The notes under the pieces were generated by a model. It made no database searches, was not told the DNA's origin, and was given only the letters and a program-made list of their open reading frames with translations. A DNA stretch of 64,000 nucleotides, from assembly GCA_031411295.1 (NCBI GenBank), contig JANOAV010000035.1, positions 32,001-96,000 of the forward strand, given 5' to 3'. This stretch comes from Verrucomicrobiales bacterium (GTDB lineage Bacteria > Verrucomicrobiota > Verrucomicrobiia > Verrucomicrobiales > V1-33). The translations under genes were made by a program, and so were the position numbers. This document shows positions 42,075 through 51,672 of the stretch, one piece after another; position 1 is the stretch's first letter; each line of letters opens with the position of its first letter.

Positions 42075-43223
42075 TTATTTGCTGAAGAAGCGCTTGGCTT
42101 TCTGGAGGAAACCTTCCTCCAGCGGGGCATTGTGCTGGCCGACGGATTCTGCAAAGGCTTGCAATTTGGCGCGCTGATCCGAGTTCAGGTTGGTCGGAAT
42201 TTCCACGTTAGCGCGCACGAGGAGATCCCCGTGAGCGTTGCGATTCAGTATCGGCATGCCTTTGCCACGCAGGCGGAAGAGTTCTCCACTCTGCGTGCCG
42301 GCGGGGATTTTGACACTGGCTTTGCCGCCCAGAGTGGGCACCATCAGTTCTCCGCCTAACGCGGCGGTGGCCAGCGGCACTGGGGCTTCACAGTAGAGGT
42401 CGTTATCGTGCCGTTGGAAAATATCATGTTCCTTCAAGTGCATCACCACATAGAGATCTCCCGCCGGACCACCGCGGAAGCCCGCCTCGCCATTACCGCT
42501 GGAACGCAGTCGCGAGCCCTCAGAGATGCCCGGAGGGATGCGCAGGGTGATGCGAGAGGTCTTCTCGATGCGACCATCGCCATGGCAATCGGAACACGGA
42601 TCTGAGATGATCTTGCCCGTGCCCTGACAATCGGGACAGGCTTGTTGGACTTGGAAAAAACCCCGACTGGAAATGACCTGGCCCGCTCCACGACAGGTGG
42701 GGCACGTCTTTAAGCCTTTGCCGGTGGACGAACCGGTGCCGTGGCACTTTTCACATTCCATGGCGCGCTCCAGTTCCAATTTTTTTTCCACGCCATTGGC
42801 GGCCTCTTCCAGGGTGATTTGCAAATTATACTGCAGATCATCGCCCCGCATTCTGCCGCTGGGATCACGCCGTGATCCGCCGAGGAATTCCTCGAAAATA
42901 CCGCCAGCCCCACCACCGCCACCACCGCCGCCAAAGACTTGGCGGAAGAGATCAAAGGGATCCACGCTGGCGGCTTGGGCTGCGCCTGCTCCGGGGGCAA
43001 ATGCTTGATGCCCGAAGCGATCGTAGGCCGCCCGTTTCTGGTCGTCGCTCAGCACTCCATAGGCTTCGCTGAGTTCTTTGAATTTCTCCTCTGCTACCTT
43101 GTCGCCAGGGTTGCGGTCGGGGTGAAACTTCATCGCCATCTTGCGGTAAGCCTTTTTGATGTCCTCCTCCGAGGCATTTTTGGATACTCCAATCACCTCG
43201 TAAAAATCGCGTTTTGCAGCCAT
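42075..43223 (-). CDS. dnaJ: Chaperone DnaJ
   Basis: HPD J-domain, G/F region, four CxxCxGxG repeats. Confidence 0.98.
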   Translation of the reverse strand: MAAKRDFYEVIGVSKNASEEDIKKAYRKMAMKFHPDRNPGDKVAEEKFKELSEAYGVLSDDQKRAAYDRFGHQAFAPGAGAAQAASVDPFDLFRQVFGGGGGGGGAGGIFEEFLGGSRRDPSGRMRGDDLQYNLQITLEEAANGVEKKLELERAMECEKCHGTGSSTGKGLKTCPTCRGAGQVISSRGFFQVQQACPDCQGTGKIISDPCSDCHGDGRIEKTSRITLRIPPGISEGSRLRSSGNGEAGFRGGPAGDLYVVMHLKEHDIFQRHDNDLYCEAPVPLATAALGGELMVPTLGGKASVKIPAGTQSGELFRLRGKGMPILNRNAHGDLLVRANVEIPTNLNSDQRAKLQAFAESVGQHNAPLEEGFLQKAKRFFSK

Positions 43224-43262
43224 AGTTTTCGTCTTAAAAAATGTTTGTTGGCAAACCCGAAG

Positions 43263-43817
43263 TTAGGCCTGGGGAGCGGCGGCCACGACGACCGAGGCCG
43301 GCCGCAGCAGGCGATCCCTGAGACGATAGCCCCGACGGAGTTGCGTCAGGATCATGCCTTCGGCAGCATCTGCGGTGGGTTGGGAGGAAACGGCCTCGTG
43401 CAGGTTGGGATCGAATTTCTGTCCGACGGTGGGAATTTCATCCACGCCATTTTCTTTCAGGAAATCGGTGATTTGCTTCTGCACCATGGACATGCCCATG
43501 AGCACCGGAGAATTTTCTCCTTCGACGCGCGCGGCCTGCAGGCCGAACTCGAAATTATCAATCACAGGCAGCAAGGTTTCCAGCAGGGAACCATTTGCAT
43601 ACTTGACGGCATCCATGCGCTCCTTGGCGGCCCGCTTCCGGAAATTATCCAACTCCGCGGCAGAACGCAGGGCCAGTTCCTTCCAATGCTGGGCGTCTGC
43701 CTGAGCTTGTTCCAGCGGGCTGAGCGGCGGGCCAGGTTCCGCCCCCTCGTCTGCGATGGGGATTTCAGTAATGGGTTCGAGGTCTTCGAATGGATTGGGT
43801 TCGGTGGCTTGGGACAT
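43263..43817 (-). CDS. grpE: Nucleotide exchange factor GrpE
   Basis: AELDNFRKR, LLPVIDNF, FDPNLHEA, RLLRPASV. Start at ATG 43817. Confidence 0.96.
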   Translation of the reverse strand: MSQATEPNPFEDLEPITEIPIADEGAEPGPPLSPLEQAQADAQHWKELALRSAAELDNFRKRAAKERMDAVKYANGSLLETLLPVIDNFEFGLQAARVEGENSPVLMGMSMVQKQITDFLKENGVDEIPTVGQKFDPNLHEAVSSQPTADAAEGMILTQLRRGYRLRDRLLRPASVVVAAAPQA

Positions 43818-43937
43818 GGTTAAAACAGGAAAATTTGATAGGGGGAGAAATGTAGGGGGACAATTTACCGCATTTTCCAAGGCCGCAAGTGGGCATCCGT
43901 TGCGACAATTTGACGCGATTGGCATGTCTGAAACATC

Positions 43938-44070
43938 CTGAAGTGGGGTCCCGCTAGCTTTAAGTAGTCAGGGGCTTTAGCCCGCAGACATGTCCCGGGC
44001 GGATTCAGACGCCTGATCCACGGGGGAGAGTTCGACGGGCTGAAGCCCGCTGAAGTGGGGTCACGCTGGC
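43938..44070. repeat. REP-like doublet bracketed by 21-bp direct repeats
   Basis: gtagtcaGGGGCTTTAGCCC ... GGGCTGAAGCCC between ctgaagtggggtc(c/a)cgct(a/g)gc copies. Confidence 0.6.
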
Positions 44071-44105
44071 GTTGACAGCGGAGCGGAGTGATTCATGCTA
44101 TGGCC

Positions 44106-44921
44106 ATGATTGCGCTCGAAGACTCCTATCAAGATATAATGACTAAGGCCATGCGTGGATACGGCCTCAGCGTGGATGCCGTGGCCAGCCAGGCGGGGCT
44201 GGGGGTGGATGAGGTGAATGCATTTCGCGATGGCGGATTCTCGGCCGCGGTGGCGGAGCGCATTGCGACTGTGCTGAAGCTGCACCCAGCTTCTTTTGTG
44301 GCGGCGGGTGAGGGCGCGTGGCAGCCAGCGGAGGTGGCGGTGCCAGGCGTTTATGCGTTTCGCAATGAGGAGGGGATGGCCCCAAATTTCTTCCTGATTT
44401 TCCATGCGCCCAGTCGAACCACGGTGGCGTTCGACACAGGTGATGATGCTCGGGAAATGTTGGCTGCGATTGAGTCGCTGGGGTGTGGGTTGGCGGCCGT
44501 TTGCCTCACGCACACCCATCGGGATCACATCGCGGCCCTGGGCTCCCTTCAAGCACGCTATCCCCACGCCACCGTTTATATCGGTGAAAAGGAACCGCTG
44601 CCGGCGGCAGAATTAGTGGAGTCCGGGCAGCAATTGGAGATCGGAGGATTGACCATTGAATGCCGCCTGACGCATGGACATTCTGTCGGTGGAATTACCT
44701 ATGTTATCGGCGGGCTGGAGCGGCCGGTGGCGGTGGTAGGTGATGCGATCTTTGCCGGTTCCATGGGGGGCGGGATGGTTTCGTGGGCCGATGCGTTGGC
44801 GACCAATCGGTCGGAAATTTTCACCCTGCCAGAGGCCACGGTGCTCTGCCCGGGGCATGGTCCCATGACGACCGTTGGCGAGGAAAAGCGCCACAATCCG
44901 TTTTACCCTGAGTTTAAATGA
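44106..44921 (+). CDS. MBL-fold metallo-hydrolase with N-terminal HTH-like domain
   Basis: THTHRDH, GHS, GDAIF, PGHG. Confidence 0.9.
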   Translation: MIALEDSYQDIMTKAMRGYGLSVDAVASQAGLGVDEVNAFRDGGFSAAVAERIATVLKLHPASFVAAGEGAWQPAEVAVPGVYAFRNEEGMAPNFFLIFHAPSRTTVAFDTGDDAREMLAAIESLGCGLAAVCLTHTHRDHIAALGSLQARYPHATVYIGEKEPLPAAELVESGQQLEIGGLTIECRLTHGHSVGGITYVIGGLERPVAVVGDAIFAGSMGGGMVSWADALATNRSEIFTLPEATVLCPGHGPMTTVGEEKRHNPFYPEFK

Positions 44922-44941
44922 GTTTTGCTTAATCTACTGCT

Positions 44942-45829
44942 ATGAAAGAAAAAATTGCCTTCGTTGGAGTCGGTCGCATGGGCGCGAATATGGCGCGTCG
45001 CCTGCATGAAATTGGGTATGCGGTGACTGCAGTTTATGATGTAAACCGTGCGGTGGCGGAAGCGCTGGCCCAGGAGATCGGAGCCACGGCCTGCACCTCG
45101 CTAGGGGCGGTCACGGAGGCCGCTGACGTTATTTTTACGGTAGTGACAAATGATGCGGCCACACGGGCCTTGTTCTTCCCGCAGGAGGATAATTTACTGA
45201 TGCAGGCGCAGGGGAAGACGTTTGTGAATTGCGCCACGCTCTCTCCGGCATTGCACGTGGAGCTGGAAGCAGCCTGCGAGGCGGCTGGAGCCAGCAGCAT
45301 TGAGGGCTGCATGGCCAGCTCGATCACGCAGGCGCGGCAGGGCACGCTGCAGTTAATGATCGGTGGCAAGCGGGAGGTCTTCCACAAAATGGAGCCACTG
45401 TTGCAATCCATGAGCGCGGTGCTGACCTATGTGGGTCCGGCCGGAAAGGCGGCGGAGGTGAAGGCGCTGGTAAATATGGTGATGAACATCAACACCGCAG
45501 CGCTGGCGGAAGGCCTGGGCTTGGGGGCGGCCTTGGGCTTGGATTTGAAGATGCTGTGCGAGGTCTTCGCGGTCACTGGCGCCAACAGTCGGGTCCTGCA
45601 AACGGATGCGGAAGATATGCTAAACCGGGAGCACGACTGTTTCTTCAGCGCAGAACATGCCGCCAAGGACAGTCACATCGCGCTGGATTTGGCCACTGCG
45701 AAAGGCTTGCATTTACCCTTGGCTGCGGCCACCGCCCAGCAGTTCGATCGGATGGTGACCGCGGGGCTAGGACAATTGGACAAGTCGGGCGTGGCGGAAC
45801 TGACGTTCCCGGGCCGCGGTCAGTCGTAG
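44942..45829 (+). CDS. NAD(P)-dependent beta-hydroxyacid dehydrogenase family
   Basis: FVGVGRMGANMA, catalytic K (VKALVN), AAKD. Confidence 0.9.
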   Translation: MKEKIAFVGVGRMGANMARRLHEIGYAVTAVYDVNRAVAEALAQEIGATACTSLGAVTEAADVIFTVVTNDAATRALFFPQEDNLLMQAQGKTFVNCATLSPALHVELEAACEAAGASSIEGCMASSITQARQGTLQLMIGGKREVFHKMEPLLQSMSAVLTYVGPAGKAAEVKALVNMVMNINTAALAEGLGLGAALGLDLKMLCEVFAVTGANSRVLQTDAEDMLNREHDCFFSAEHAAKDSHIALDLATAKGLHLPLAAATAQQFDRMVTAGLGQLDKSGVAELTFPGRGQS

Positions 45830-45838
45830 GGAACAGAA

Positions 45839-45871
45839 AACCCGATTCCGCGCAGATGGCGAAATCGGGTT
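45839..45871. terminator. Hairpin between convergent genes
   Basis: aacccgatt...aatcgggtt. Confidence 0.55.
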
Positions 45872-45895
45872 CTCCAGATTTAGCGAGGCGGGGCG

Positions 45896-46264
45896 TTACT
45901 TGCCGAGGGCCTTGGCGATGTATTTGTCAGGATCAGCAGAGAACTTAGCGACACATTTGCGGCAGCAAACACCCACTGTAGCTTTGAACTCGGAAGTGAT
46001 TTTAGGATCGACCTTGCGGGCGCACATCGGGCATTTGCCGTCTTTGGCTTGGAAGGCAGCAATCTTGGTGACTTGGAGCTTCGGGTTCTTGTCGAACTCC
46101 TCTTTACATTTGCTGGTGGCGAAGGTGATGGTCTTCTTGTATTCGACAGGCATGCTGGTGCCCTTGCCGGTAACAGGGCAATCTTTGGTCATTTCAGCCT
46201 GGGCAGAGCCAAAGGCGGTCATGAACGTAACGAGGGCCGTGAAGAGGGAGAGGAGTGATTTCAT
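45896..46264 (-). CDS. Secreted tandem YHS/TRASH-like protein
   Basis: Signal peptide; CPVTG...CKEEF..NP and CPMC...CCRKC..KF..DP.KY. Confidence 0.8.
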   Translation of the reverse strand: MKSLLSLFTALVTFMTAFGSAQAEMTKDCPVTGKGTSMPVEYKKTITFATSKCKEEFDKNPKLQVTKIAAFQAKDGKCPMCARKVDPKITSEFKATVGVCCRKCVAKFSADPDKYIAKALGK

Positions 46265-46466
46265 GGGATGGATCTAGCGTTTTGGGTTTAGTTATGAAGC
46301 TTGGGGCACGCCTTGGCGCCTCCTTTAGGAAGCGGCTTGAGCGCACGTTGACTGAATGTGGCTTAGATTTCGCGACTTGCCAATTACTGATTGGCGGAGG
46401 GGAAAAATATTTATTGGGGCCGTCAAAGCGCACCTGCCGCTCGTGGAAATATCTCCCCAACTCCTT

Positions 46467-46494
46467 TTGACAACGGGAAATCGGCTCTTATAAT
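46467..46494 (+). promoter_or_regulatory. Consensus sigma70 promoter for rplY
   Basis: TTGACA-N16-TATAAT followed by a GC-rich discriminator (ggccgccc). Confidence 0.85.
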
Positions 46495-46620
46495 GGCCGC
46501 CCTTCCGCCCTGGCGGAAATCGTATATCCCATACACACCCTGCCCGATGTCCACCTTCCGGTCCCAGCGAATACAGGGGTTCACCTTCGGTTCAACACCC
46601 ATCCAAAACCAAAATATATT

Positions 46621-47304
46621 ATGGCCAAGCCAACCCCACTTACCGCTCACACCCGCAAACGTTCCGGCACTGGTGCCCTCAAGCGTCTGCGTAAAGAAGG
46701 ACTCATCCCCGCCGTCGTTTACGGCAAAGGCCACCCCGCCAAGATGATCCGCCTGGATCGCAAGGCCGTTCTCGCCCTGCTCTCCCGCAGCGTGAGCGAA
46801 CAAATTCTCGTCCAACTTGAAATCGAAGACACCAAGGAAAATCAATTGGCGTTGATCCAGGAAGTGACCCATAACGCGCTGACTGGCGGAATTCTTCACA
46901 TGGACTTCCATGCAGTGAAGGAAAATGAGCCAATGCATGCGCACGTGTCCATCAACCTCGTCGGTGATGCCGCAGGGGTCAAAGCTGGTGGTCTGCTGGA
47001 GTTCCTCCTGCATTCCCTCAACGTCACCTGTTTGCCGCTGGATCTGCCAGAGACCATCGACCTCGACGTCACCAATCTGGGCCTCGGTGGTGCGCTCCAC
47101 GTGAGCGATCTGCAATTGCCCTCAGGGGTGAAGGCGGAAGTTGACGGTCACGTCGTCGTTGCCATCATCGCTGAACTCAAGGGCAACCAAGAGCCTGCCC
47201 CAGCCGCCGATGCCGCCCCTGCGGCCAAGAAAGGTGCCGCCAAGAAAGCCGCCGCTGCTCCTGCTGCTGCCGCCCCAGCCGCCAAAAAGGCCGCCAAGAA
47301 ATAG
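46621..47304 (+). CDS. rplY: 50S ribosomal protein L25/Ctc
   Basis: RLRKEGLIPAVVYG, HMDF, GVKAGG, C-terminal domain, AK tail. Confidence 0.96.
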   Translation: MAKPTPLTAHTRKRSGTGALKRLRKEGLIPAVVYGKGHPAKMIRLDRKAVLALLSRSVSEQILVQLEIEDTKENQLALIQEVTHNALTGGILHMDFHAVKENEPMHAHVSINLVGDAAGVKAGGLLEFLLHSLNVTCLPLDLPETIDLDVTNLGLGGALHVSDLQLPSGVKAEVDGHVVVAIIAELKGNQEPAPAADAAPAAKKGAAKKAAAAPAAAAPAAKKAAKK

Positions 47305-47331
47305 TTCTCACTCGCAGAACCGTTATTTACC

Positions 47332-47368
47332 AACCGCCGCACGGGCCACCGTGCGGCGGTTTTGCTTT
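47332..47368 (+). terminator. Rho-independent terminator after rplY
   Basis: aaccgccgcacgg-gcca-ccgtgcggcggtt followed by a T-rich tail. Confidence 0.85.
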
Positions 47369-47530
47369 GGCGAATATTCAGTAGCGTAAAGGGATCGCTT
47401 CCAGCAATGGAACGAAGGTGGTAGGAGCCCGTGGAACGGAAGGAGTATTGCGGGAAACCCACAGCAGATGGAGGATGCCTAACACTCGGAACACCGGTGT
47501 TTCCAGGTTCCATCCTAACTCCTAATCATC

Positions 47531-49396
47531 ATGCACCACCTTGTTAAACTCCTCTGCGCCACCCTCCTGGGTTCCACCCCTTGCCTCGCGTCCACCCTGC
47601 GCGTGTGGATTGAATCCGCGCCCTCACCCGCCGGTCCGTGGACCACGGTGGAGATTGATAAAGCGGCCGTCAACGCGGCCGGACAACTTGTCCTCCCCAA
47701 GCCGACCGCAGGGGCCGGATTCTTCCGCACCGCCATTGATCTGGATCCGCTCGGAGCTCCCGGAACCATCATTCCACTATCCGAAATTCCTGCTAACGTG
47801 CGGGCGATTGCGGAACAGCATCTGTTGGACTGCACCAGTATCACAGACCCCCGCGGCAATCTTCTCCCGAGCCCCTGGGAGGGGGCCGTCATGGCGGAAG
47901 CCCGCCCGGTCTATGACGTCGGCATTGACGGAGGCGCCCTCCCAGCATTTATGGAGCTGAAGATCGTGCGACCGGTGGTGGGCGGTGCCGCCACGCCAGT
48001 CCCGCCCCAGCAGGATGCTGGTTTTATGCTGGTATCGTTGACGACTGGGGAGAAACCCGTGGTGTGCTTCTCGCAGGATGGACGCACGCCATCCGAGGAT
48101 CTGGAATTTGCGGCGGGGCGGCGGGCGACCAAAGTGTTCCGCTATGGTCCTGCCTATTTGGCGGCTGAAGATGCCAGTGGAAATCTAATCCAAGGCCTCG
48201 GCTCCTTGCCGCTGCGGTTGGAATTGGGCAATCTACCCACGGCGGACACGAGTTTCGGTTTCGCGGCCGCCGGCAGCGACGTGGCGTTTAATCCCCAGCC
48301 CGATCCTCCCGGTTTGCCGGTCGCGACTCCTTTCGCAAGCTACGCGGAACTTAAAACATGGTGGCAGACCAACCCGCTGCAAATCCAGTTGCGGAAACGC
48401 CGGGCAGCCTTCGCGCAACTGCGCTGGGATTTGGACGCCGGCCGCATGCCCGCTGTGATCAACTTACATATTGGTGAGACCCGAGCGTTGGTGGACGCGA
48501 CCGAGCATATCGTTAGTTACCGGGTGGATGCGGACACGGAGGCCGAAGGTTTCGTGCGCGTGGTTACCGGAAATGGTGCTGGAGGCGCGGCGGTAACTGG
48601 CATGAGTATCGGTTCAGCTCCGATTTATTTAATTGATGATCACGATCAGGTGAAACCATTCGTCATCGTCGTCGGAGCGGCTCCGGCGTTGGCGAGGAAA
48701 CCAAACAACAGTCCGCTGGTGCCCCTGAATTTCAAACCCGGCTGGCAGCCCATTCAAGAATGGAGCGCGCTGAACTACAGTGCCCAGCCCAGGTGGAAAC
48801 AATTCCAGCTCTCGAAGTATTGCGCCATCGGGAGCGGCTATGTCGGTTGCGGCCCCGTCGCATGGACCATGCTCCTGGGTTGGTTCGAGCACCAAGGCGT
48901 GCCCGCCGCTCTGGGCAATCCACTCAATGTGGATAGCGTTTTGCAGCAGAACACGGTCGTCGTCAATGATACGGCGGATAGCCTGCACACTTTATGCGAT
49001 ACCCATTGTGTGCCCTTCACTGGCGAGGGCGCTACCTTTCCCTGGGACATGGACGGCGGCTTGACTCTGGTCGATACCATCAAACAACAGGGCTTCGTCA
49101 ACTGGAGCGCCAACTTCCAGTGGGAAACGTCTCCAGACAGCTACAACCCATCAGCCAAGACAGGCGTCAATGCGCTCAAAGCCGGCCGCCCTGCCCTGTT
49201 AGGCCTCTGGGGTATGATGCATTATGCGGTGGCTTACAGCTACTGGGAACAACTCTTTCAGATTACGCCCGGAGGCCCTTCCTTCAAGAGCATGCGCTGG
49301 TTCAGTTGCAACATGGGGGGCGGCTCCAAGGGAGGCGCACTCTACCCAGCGGATGACATTTTCTATGGTCTAAACTTGAATCTCACCAAGCAGTAA
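47531..49396 (+). CDS. Secreted papain-fold cysteine protease-like protein (C10/C39-like)
   Basis: Signal peptide; Q...YVGCGPVAW; MHYAVAY; CNMGGG. Confidence 0.65.
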   Translation: MHHLVKLLCATLLGSTPCLASTLRVWIESAPSPAGPWTTVEIDKAAVNAAGQLVLPKPTAGAGFFRTAIDLDPLGAPGTIIPLSEIPANVRAIAEQHLLDCTSITDPRGNLLPSPWEGAVMAEARPVYDVGIDGGALPAFMELKIVRPVVGGAATPVPPQQDAGFMLVSLTTGEKPVVCFSQDGRTPSEDLEFAAGRRATKVFRYGPAYLAAEDASGNLIQGLGSLPLRLELGNLPTADTSFGFAAAGSDVAFNPQPDPPGLPVATPFASYAELKTWWQTNPLQIQLRKRRAAFAQLRWDLDAGRMPAVINLHIGETRALVDATEHIVSYRVDADTEAEGFVRVVTGNGAGGAAVTGMSIGSAPIYLIDDHDQVKPFVIVVGAAPALARKPNNSPLVPLNFKPGWQPIQEWSALNYSAQPRWKQFQLSKYCAIGSGYVGCGPVAWTMLLGWFEHQGVPAALGNPLNVDSVLQQNTVVVNDTADSLHTLCDTHCVPFTGEGATFPWDMDGGLTLVDTIKQQGFVNWSANFQWETSPDSYNPSAKTGVNALKAGRPALLGLWGMMHYAVAYSYWEQLFQITPGGPSFKSMRWFSCNMGGGSKGGALYPADDIFYGLNLNLTKQ

Positions 49397-49434
49397 TCGC
49401 CCCCAGCCTCCCTTGCCATGGTCCAGCCCTGCAA

Positions 49435-50067
49435 CTACTTCGCCAGCAGTTCCAGCGCCCGGACCGTGGCACTGGTGCGGCCTTCGACCCCGAGCTTCTC
49501 GAAGATGTGGTTCGTATGTTTCTTTACTGTGCCCAGGCTGATACCGCAAATGCTGGCAATGTCTCCGTTACTTTTCCCCTGCGCCATCCAGAGCAGGATC
49601 TCCGCCTCCCGCGGAGAGATTCCCAGTTGCTCCAAGGGTCGGGCGTCATCGAAGCAAGGCACAAACGAGCGCTGTTGGGCATGACGCTGCAGGCGACTGC
49701 GCACCGCCTCCAACAGATCCACGCGTGCTACCGGCTTGGCCAGGTAATCATCCGCTCCCAATGCCATTCCCAATCGCAAGTCTGGCATCTCCCCTTTTGC
49801 GGTCAAAAATATAAACGGCACGGCCGCCATGGCGCTGTCTGCGCGCACTTGCTCCAGCACTTGGTAGCCATCCAGCCCCGGCATCATAATGTCGCACAAA
49901 ATCAAATCCGGCTGCATGACCCGCAGCTGTGCCAAGCCTTCCAGGCCGTTCGCAGCACAGCACACGCGGAATCCTTCCAGATCCAGGATTTGTTCCAGGT
50001 TGCGACGCAGGCTCGCGTTGTCTTCAATAAGCAAAATTGTCGTCATGGCTTGAAACGGAGAAATCAT
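49435..50067 (-). CDS. Response regulator with LuxR HTH
   Basis: IEDN, CDIMMPG, FLTAK, DDYLAKP, SPREAE...KLGV. Alternative start at 50046. Confidence 0.93.
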   Translation of the reverse strand: MISPFQAMTTILLIEDNASLRRNLEQILDLEGFRVCCAANGLEGLAQLRVMQPDLILCDIMMPGLDGYQVLEQVRADSAMAAVPFIFLTAKGEMPDLRLGMALGADDYLAKPVARVDLLEAVRSRLQRHAQQRSFVPCFDDARPLEQLGISPREAEILLWMAQGKSNGDIASICGISLGTVKKHTNHIFEKLGVEGRTSATVRALELLAK

Positions 50068-51599
50068 GAAATTGCAGGCAGCACCAGGACCGCCGTCGTC
50101 CCCTTCCCTTCCGCACTCTCGAAACTCAGCGTGCCTCCATGCAAGCGGGCGCAGCGTTGCGCAATCGCCAACCCGAGCCCGGATCCCGGCACCTCACCAA
50201 CATTTCCGCAGCGATGAAACGGCACTCCCAGTCGGCTCAACTCCGCTTGGGGAATCCCGATCCCATGATCGCTCACGGTAAATTTAATGGTGTTTGGTGC
50301 TAATTCGACCGCCAGGTTCACTGGTTCTCCTGGAGCGGAATATTTGACCGCGTTGGCGAGCACATTATCCAGCATGCTCTGCAGCAATCCCGCATCCAAG
50401 CTTCGTTCCACCGCGGGCGCATCCACGTTGATCGGGTTCCGCTGGTTGCTTGCAGAACTCACTTGGCGTGCCATCCCCTGACAGAATTCTGCCAGATTAA
50501 TCGGCTTCGGTTCGCACGCCAGACGGCTCGAATCAATTTTTCCCAGCAACAACACCCGCTCAATCATCTCCGTCATATGATGCGTGTTGTGCTTGATCTC
50601 CTCCAGCAACTCGCTGCGGCGTTTCGGTGTGAGTTGCTCCGCATAGGTCTCCAACAATTCTGCGGCCGATAAAATGATCCCCAAGGGCGTGCGAAACTCG
50701 TGCGAGACGCTCTGCGTAAAGAATCGTTGCTGCCGCAACACCTCGCGTTCCGCCGTTAACGCCGCATCCGCCTGCGCTGCCCGGCTGGCCAACATCGCCA
50801 GGCCCAGCAACGGCAACGCGCTCAACCCTGCGGCAATAAACGCCAACCACGGCGTGGGCGGTCCCACATGCCTGCTGAAATTTGGTCCGCGGGAAATGCT
50901 GACCGCCCACTCCAGTCGATCCTCCGCGACCTGCCAACGTTGTGCCCCATTTGCGGCTAGTTCGTTCTCCGCCAACGGAACCGCCGTCAGCACCTGCTTC
51001 CGCACCAACTCCACCGCCTCATCCTGACAAATCGCGTCCAAATCGACCCACCCCACGATGTAACCCCGAATCGGATTCCCCGTCGTCGTGAGGAATACCG
51101 GAGCCAAGATCAGCCATTGGTGTCGATCCAGCAATACCGCATGACTGGCCAATCGCTGCTCCGCCGGGATCGTATCCAGCAACTTGGCCACCCTGAGGTC
51201 ATCGCGTAGATTGCTGCCCAGCTCACGCCCCGCCGAGCGCCCCTCGCTTTTCCACCGCAGAAGCAATTGCTGCGCCACCACCTCCGCATACCCCAAGGCT
51301 GCCAGCGGCCGCACCTGCTTCTGCCATCCCGGAATGGCTGAAGCTAGTTGCCCCCGAGCCAACGCCGCCTCGTTCAGATTCCGGGCTTGCGTGCCCAGAA
51401 CCTCGAGCAGGTAGTCACAACGCCCGGTGCTTTGCCGCAACTGCTGCACCAGCACCTCACTCGTCGTTTCGAAGAGCCGCGCCTCTTTCTCCCTGGCCTC
51501 ATGATACGAAACCCAGGCCACCCAAACCGGCACCGCCGCAAAGACGAGTGCCAGCAGGGCCAGCCATCGAGGTTGCTTGATCCAGCGAAATATTTTCAT
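50064..51599 (-). CDS. Sensor histidine kinase (HisKA + HATPase, CHASE-like periplasmic part)
   Basis: SHEFRTPL, NAVKYS, DHGIGI, GSGLGL. Confidence 0.93.
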   Translation of the reverse strand: MKIFRWIKQPRWLALLALVFAAVPVWVAWVSYHEAREKEARLFETTSEVLVQQLRQSTGRCDYLLEVLGTQARNLNEAALARGQLASAIPGWQKQVRPLAALGYAEVVAQQLLLRWKSEGRSAGRELGSNLRDDLRVAKLLDTIPAEQRLASHAVLLDRHQWLILAPVFLTTTGNPIRGYIVGWVDLDAICQDEAVELVRKQVLTAVPLAENELAANGAQRWQVAEDRLEWAVSISRGPNFSRHVGPPTPWLAFIAAGLSALPLLGLAMLASRAAQADAALTAEREVLRQQRFFTQSVSHEFRTPLGIILSAAELLETYAEQLTPKRRSELLEEIKHNTHHMTEMIERVLLLGKIDSSRLACEPKPINLAEFCQGMARQVSSASNQRNPINVDAPAVERSLDAGLLQSMLDNVLANAVKYSAPGEPVNLAVELAPNTIKFTVSDHGIGIPQAELSRLGVPFHRCGNVGEVPGSGLGLAIAQRCARLHGGTLSFESAEGKGTTAVLVLPAIS

Positions 51600-51672
51600 T
51601 GGGACACCCTACACGCTATTTCCCCGCAAAGCCAATACCACCAAGGGAGTATCCATTTTCACCCGGAGGCAA

